From the NCBI GenBank assembly GCA_025351025.1, contig JANXWR010000026.1:1-42676 (forward strand): 42,676 nucleotides of DNA, written 5' to 3'. Below the pieces are notes generated by a model, which ran no database searches, was not told the DNA's origin, and was given only the letters and a program-made list of their open reading frames with translations. The number at the start of each line of letters is the position of its first letter. Positions within the stretch are counted from its first letter, which is position 1. Shown one piece after another: positions 38,457 through 42,676 of this stretch. This DNA is from Burkholderiales bacterium (GTDB taxonomy: Bacteria; Pseudomonadota; Gammaproteobacteria; Burkholderiales; Burkholderiaceae_C). Position numbers and translations under genes: made by a program.

Positions 38457-41183
38457 TCATTGCCAGCCGAAGCGGCGGATGTAGATGCGCTTCATGACCG
38501 TGGTCAGCGCGCAGTAGCCGAGCAGGATCGCCACCAGCCAGGGGAAGTAGGCGAGCGGCAACGCCTGCAGCTTGAAGTCGCCGGCCAGCGGCCCCATCGG
38601 CAGGAAGACGCCGAACGCCATGATCGCCAGCGTCATCGCCAGCAGCGGCGCCGAGGCGCGGCTTTCGATGAAGGGCAGCCTCGGCGTGCGGATCATGTGC
38701 ACGACGAGCGTTTGCGTCAGCAGCCCGACCACGAACCAGCCCGACTGGAACAGGCTCTGCCGGGCGATCGTGTTGGCGCCGAAGACGAACCACATCAGGG
38801 CGAAGGTGGCGATGTCGAAGAGCGAGCTGATCGGTCCGAAGAAGACCATGAATCGGCCGATGTCGCCCGGGTTCCACTTGAGGGGCTTTGCCACCAGCTC
38901 CGCGTCGACGTTGTCGAACGGGATGCCGGTCTGCGCGATGTCGTAGAGCAGGTTCTGCGTCAGCAGCTGCAGGGGCAGCATCGGCAGGAAGGGCAGGAAG
39001 GCGCTCGCCACCAGCACCGAGAAGACGTTGCCGAAGTTCGAGCTCGCCGTCATGCGGATGTACTTCAGCATGTTGCAGAAGGTGGTGCGGCCTTCGACCA
39101 CGCCTTCGTCGAGCACGAGCAGGCTCTTTTCGAGCAGGATGATGTCGGCGGCTTCCTTCGCGATGTCGACCGCCGAGTCGACCGAGATGCCGATGTCGGC
39201 GGCGCGCAGCGCCGGCGCGTCGTTGATGCCGTCGCCCATGAAGCCGACGACGTGGCCACCGGCGCGCAGCGCGCGCACGATGCGTTCCTTGTGCAGCGGC
39301 GCCAGCTTGGCGAACTGGCTGTGCTGCTCGACGGCGAGCGCCAGGGCCGCGTCGTCCATGGCTTCGATCTCGGCGCCGAGCAGCACCCGGTCGGCGCCCA
39401 GGCCGACCTGCGAGCAGACATGAGCCATGACGAGCTCGTTGTCGCCGGTCAGCACCTTGACCCGGATGCCGTGCGCGGCCAGCGCCTTCAGCGCCGGTGC
39501 CGCCGATTCCTTCGGCGGGTCGAGAAAGGCGATCGTGCCGATCAGGGTCAGGCCGGTCTCGTCGGCGACCGAGTAGGTGGATTGGTCCGGCGGCAGCTCC
39601 TTCATCGCCACCGCGACGACGCGCAGCCCTTCCTCGTTGAGCGCGCAGCTGACCCGCTTCACGCGGGCCAGCATGGCGGCGTCGAGGGGCAGGTCGCTCG
39701 CGTCGCCGGCCTCGGGCCGCACGCGGGTGCAGATCGCCAGCACTTCCTCGACCGCGCCCTTGCAGATCAGCTCGTGATGGTCGTCGCGCTCGGAGACGAC
39801 GACCGACATGCGTCGGCGCTCGAAGTCGAACGGAATCTCGTCGATCTTGCGGTAATCCTGCTCGAGCTTCAACTGCGCCGCCAGCTCGACGTGCTCGAGC
39901 ACGGCGCGGTCGAGCAGGTTCTTCAGGCCGGTCTGGTAATAGCTGTTCAGGAAGGCGAGGTTCAGCACCTCCTGCGACGGACGGCCGAACGGATCGTCGT
40001 TGCGGGCGAGGGCGATCTTGTCCTGCGTCAGGGTGCCGGTCTTGTCGGTGCAGAGGATGTCCATCGCGCCGAAGTTCTGGATCGCGTCGAGGCGCTTGAC
40101 GACCACCTTCTTGCGCGACAGCCGCACCGCACCCTTGGCCAGCGTCGAAGTGACGATCATCGGCAGCATCTCCGGCGTCAGGCCGACCGCGACGGAAAGG
40201 GCGAAGAGCAAGGCCTCGGTCCAGTTGCCCTTGGTGTAGCCGTTGACCAGCAGCACGATCGGCGCCATCACCAAAGCGAAGCGGATGAGCAGCCAGCTGA
40301 CGCTGTTGACGCCGGCCTGGAAGGCCGTCGGCGCCGGATCGGTGGCCATGACCTTGGCCGCCACCGCGCCGAAGTAGGTGGCGTTGCCGGTGGCGACGAC
40401 CAGCGCGGTGGCCGACCCCGAGACCACGTTCGTGCCCATGAAGACGAGGTTGCTCTGCTCGAGCGGCACGGTGGCCTCGCCTCGGCGATCGGCGAACTTC
40501 TCGACCGGCAGCGATTCGCCGGTCATCGCCGCCTGGGCGACGAAAAGGTCGCGCGCCGAGAGCACGCGGCAATCGGCCGGGAGCATGTCGCCGGCGGACA
40601 GCAGGACCAGATCGCCGCGCACCAGGCTGCGCAACGGAATCTCGAGCCGTTTCGATGCCGCATGCGGGCTGCCGGTGTCGCTGCGAAGCACCGTGGCGGT
40701 GTTGCTGACCATCGCCCTCAGGCTCTCGGCGGCGCGGTGCGAGCGGCCTTCCTGGACGAAGCGGATCACCGTGCTGAGCACCACCATGACGACGATGACC
40801 GTGGTCGACTTGGCGTCGTGGCCGATCGCCGATACCACCGCCAGCGCCGTCAGCAGCAGGTTGAAGGGGTTGCTGTAGCAATGCCACAGGCGCAGCCAGC
40901 CGGGCAGGGGTTTCTCGTGCGCCACCTCGTTGGGACCGTCTCGCGCCAGGCGGGCTTCGGCCTCCGCGACGGTCAGGCCGCCGTCGCGCGAGGCGAGGCG
41001 GGCCAATGCGTCGGCCGGCGCGTCGCGGGCGACGAGCAGCAACTCGTTCGCCAGATGCGCCGGCGCCGCCTGGATCGGCCCGTGACCGGCAAGCGCTTCT
41101 AGCGCGGGCGGCCGACCGAAGCGCCGCAAGACGCGGCGGCGGCGCAGAAAGCTGCTGAACGGCTGCGTCAGGACCTTGTTCAT
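38457..41183 (-). CDS. mgtA: magnesium-translocating P-type ATPase
   Basis: TGESLPVEK, AVGLTPEMLP, DKTGTLT (phospho-Asp), KGAVEE, FLDPPK, TGDN, GDGINDAP, SSNFGN, NLLYD. AGGAGG upstream of ATG 41183. Confidence 0.93.
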   Translation of the reverse strand: MNKVLTQPFSSFLRRRRVLRRFGRPPALEALAGHGPIQAAPAHLANELLLVARDAPADALARLASRDGGLTVAEAEARLARDGPNEVAHEKPLPGWLRLWHCYSNPFNLLLTALAVVSAIGHDAKSTTVIVVMVVLSTVIRFVQEGRSHRAAESLRAMVSNTATVLRSDTGSPHAASKRLEIPLRSLVRGDLVLLSAGDMLPADCRVLSARDLFVAQAAMTGESLPVEKFADRRGEATVPLEQSNLVFMGTNVVSGSATALVVATGNATYFGAVAAKVMATDPAPTAFQAGVNSVSWLLIRFALVMAPIVLLVNGYTKGNWTEALLFALSVAVGLTPEMLPMIVTSTLAKGAVRLSRKKVVVKRLDAIQNFGAMDILCTDKTGTLTQDKIALARNDDPFGRPSQEVLNLAFLNSYYQTGLKNLLDRAVLEHVELAAQLKLEQDYRKIDEIPFDFERRRMSVVVSERDDHHELICKGAVEEVLAICTRVRPEAGDASDLPLDAAMLARVKRVSCALNEEGLRVVAVAMKELPPDQSTYSVADETGLTLIGTIAFLDPPKESAAPALKALAAHGIRVKVLTGDNELVMAHVCSQVGLGADRVLLGAEIEAMDDAALALAVEQHSQFAKLAPLHKERIVRALRAGGHVVGFMGDGINDAPALRAADIGISVDSAVDIAKEAADIILLEKSLLVLDEGVVEGRTTFCNMLKYIRMTASSNFGNVFSVLVASAFLPFLPMLPLQLLTQNLLYDIAQTGIPFDNVDAELVAKPLKWNPGDIGRFMVFFGPISSLFDIATFALMWFVFGANTIARQSLFQSGWFVVGLLTQTLVVHMIRTPRLPFIESRASAPLLAMTLAIMAFGVFLPMGPLAGDFKLQALPLAYFPWLVAILLGYCALTTVMKRIYIRRFGWQ

Positions 41184-41310
41184 GCCGTCCCCGCCTCCTG
41201 CCGTCGAGGCCTCGCGAGTATCGGCCTGCCAGCCGCTCCGCACTGTGCGCTATCGCGCATAGGGGACCGGCCACGCCTGAAGCGTGGCCGGCGGTGGAAC
41301 AATCGGGCCG

Positions 41311-41805
41311 ATGGACGATGAAACCTTCATGGTCGAGGCCTACCGCCTCGCCGCCAAAGGCTACGGCGAGGGCGGCTGCCCGATCGGCGGCGTGCTCGTG
41401 CGCCACGGCAGCGGCGAGATTCTCGGCCGCGGCCACAACGCGTTGGTGCAGGAAGGCAATCCGATCCTGCACGGCGAGATGGCGGCGCTGCGCGACGCCG
41501 GCCGCCTGGTGAATCGCCACGACACGACGATGTACACGACGCTGCAGCCCTGCTTCATGTGCGCCGGCACGATCGTGCAGTTAGGCATCCCGCGGGTCGT
41601 CATCGGCGACGTGCTGAACGCATCGAGCGACGAGACGATCCGCTTTATGCGCGGCAAGGGGGTCGAGGTCGTCGTCATGGATCCGCAGGCGAGCGCAGCG
41701 GCGCGCGACTGCGTCGCCTTGGTCAGGACGTTTCGCGCCGAGAAGCCAGATCAGTGGCTCGAAGACTGGGGCGGCGGCCCGAACCCGGCGTTGAAGCCCG
41801 CCTGA
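41311..41805 (+). CDS. zinc-dependent nucleoside/nucleobase deaminase, yeast-type cytosine deaminase-like
   Basis: [30 protein letters not shown]-terminal WLED. Confidence 0.85.
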   Translation: MDDETFMVEAYRLAAKGYGEGGCPIGGVLVRHGSGEILGRGHNALVQEGNPILHGEMAALRDAGRLVNRHDTTMYTTLQPCFMCAGTIVQLGIPRVVIGDVLNASSDETIRFMRGKGVEVVVMDPQASAAARDCVALVRTFRAEKPDQWLEDWGGGPNPALKPA

Positions 41806-41827
41806 CGCGAGCGCGCCGCGCCGGCGT

Positions 41828-42268
41828 TCAGGGCGTGGCGGGAAGCGCGTGCAGCAGGCCGCGCGTCTCGATGAACGCCACCACCTCGTCGAGGCCGTCT
41901 TTCGTCTTCAGGTTCGTCATCACGAAGGGCCGCGCGCCACGCATGCGCAAGGTGTCGGCGCGCATCACCTCCAGGCTGGCGCCGACGTAAGGTGCGAGGT
42001 CAGTCTTGTTGATGATGAAGAGGTCGCTCTTGGTGATGCCCGGTCCGCCCTTCCTCGGAATCTTCTCGCCGGCGGCGACGTCGATGACGTAGATCGTCAG
42101 GTCCGAGAGCTCGGGGCTGAAGGTGGCGGCCAGGTTGTCGCCGCCGCTCTCGACGAAGACGATGTCGGCATCGGGAAACTTCTCGAGCATGCGGTCGATC
42201 GCCTCGAGGTTGATCGACGCGTCTTCGCGGATCGCGGTGTGCGGGCAGCCTCCGGTCTCGACGCCGAG
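41828..42268 (-). pseudogene. ureG: urease accessory GTPase UreG, 5'-truncated fragment (copy A)
   Basis: [50 protein letters not shown]. The N-terminal P-loop is missing; the upstream part of the track ORF is the antisense of copy B. Confidence 0.85.
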
Positions 42269-42676
42269 CGCATCATGGGTGTGGAGACCGGGGGCTGTCC
42301 GCACACTGCCATCCGCGAGGACTGCTCCATCAACCTGGAAGCGATTGACCGCATGCTGGTGGACTTCCCCAACGCCGACATCGTGTTTGTGGAAAGCGGC
42401 GGCGACAACCTGGCCGCCACCTTCAGCCCCGAACTCAGCGACCTCACCATCTACGTGATAGACGTGGCGGCAGGAGAAAAGATCCCGCGCAAGGGCGGCC
42501 CCGGCATCACCAAGAGCGACCTGTTCGTCATCAACAAAACCGACCTGGCCCCGCACGTGGGCGCGAACCTGGACGTGATGGAATCCGACACCCGTCGCAT
42601 GCGTACCAATGCCCAGGGCCTCAAGCCGTTTGTGATGACCAACCTTAAAACCCTGACCGGACTGGCCGAGGTGGTG
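42263..42676 (+). pseudogene. ureG: urease accessory GTPase UreG, second 5'-truncated fragment (copy B), runs off window
   Basis: Hand translation: [50 protein letters not shown]...[26 protein letters not shown]...[16 protein letters not shown]. Confidence 0.85.

Noticed and set aside
37018-41520. 1500-aa ORF in the track suggesting a giant amidase fusion
   Set aside because: The first ~1020 aa are an Arg/Pro-rich off-frame shadow of mgtA in high-GC DNA. Only 37018-38412 (or 38460) is the amidase.
42269-42556. Apparent novel N-terminal domain on UreG (242-aa track ORF)
   Set aside because: It is the antisense translation of the second ureG copy.

Overview
High-GC betaproteobacterial DNA (Burkholderiales-like, judged from protein similarity and codon style), densely coding. 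I see no rRNA, tRNA, CRISPR array or transposase. Left to right: (1) partial bkdA1; (2) an aldo/keto reductase divergent from an IaaH/MdlY-like amidase plus Urt/Liv-type ABC operon; (3) a TRAP transporter divergent from a Dpp-type ABC, DSD1-like PLP enzyme, RpiR regulator and D-aminoacylase operon, with two identical 15-bp candidate operators; (4) an XRE-cupin/GNAT pair; (5) an unexplained three-gene cluster at 21904-24977; (6) a MarR/AmiC-like-controlled amide operon containing a flotillin, a Urt-type ABC whose last ATPase is fused in frame to a CX3C amidase, and an acyl-CoA synthetase; (7) mgtA followed by a third amidase; (8) a yeast-type cytosine deaminase; (9) two divergent, 5'-truncated ureG copies joined head-to-head at the window end, probably an assembly chimera. 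The cluster in (5) is the best candidate for an undescribed system. It encodes a 797-aa protein with 41 Cys, a 135-aa tandem duplication and three Ig-like repeats, then a DUF1360-like CxxC membrane protein and a small MGCCG protein, all behind a 7-2-7 palindrome. The flotillin/ATPase-amidase operon is second. All calls come from motif recognition by eye; no database searches were run.
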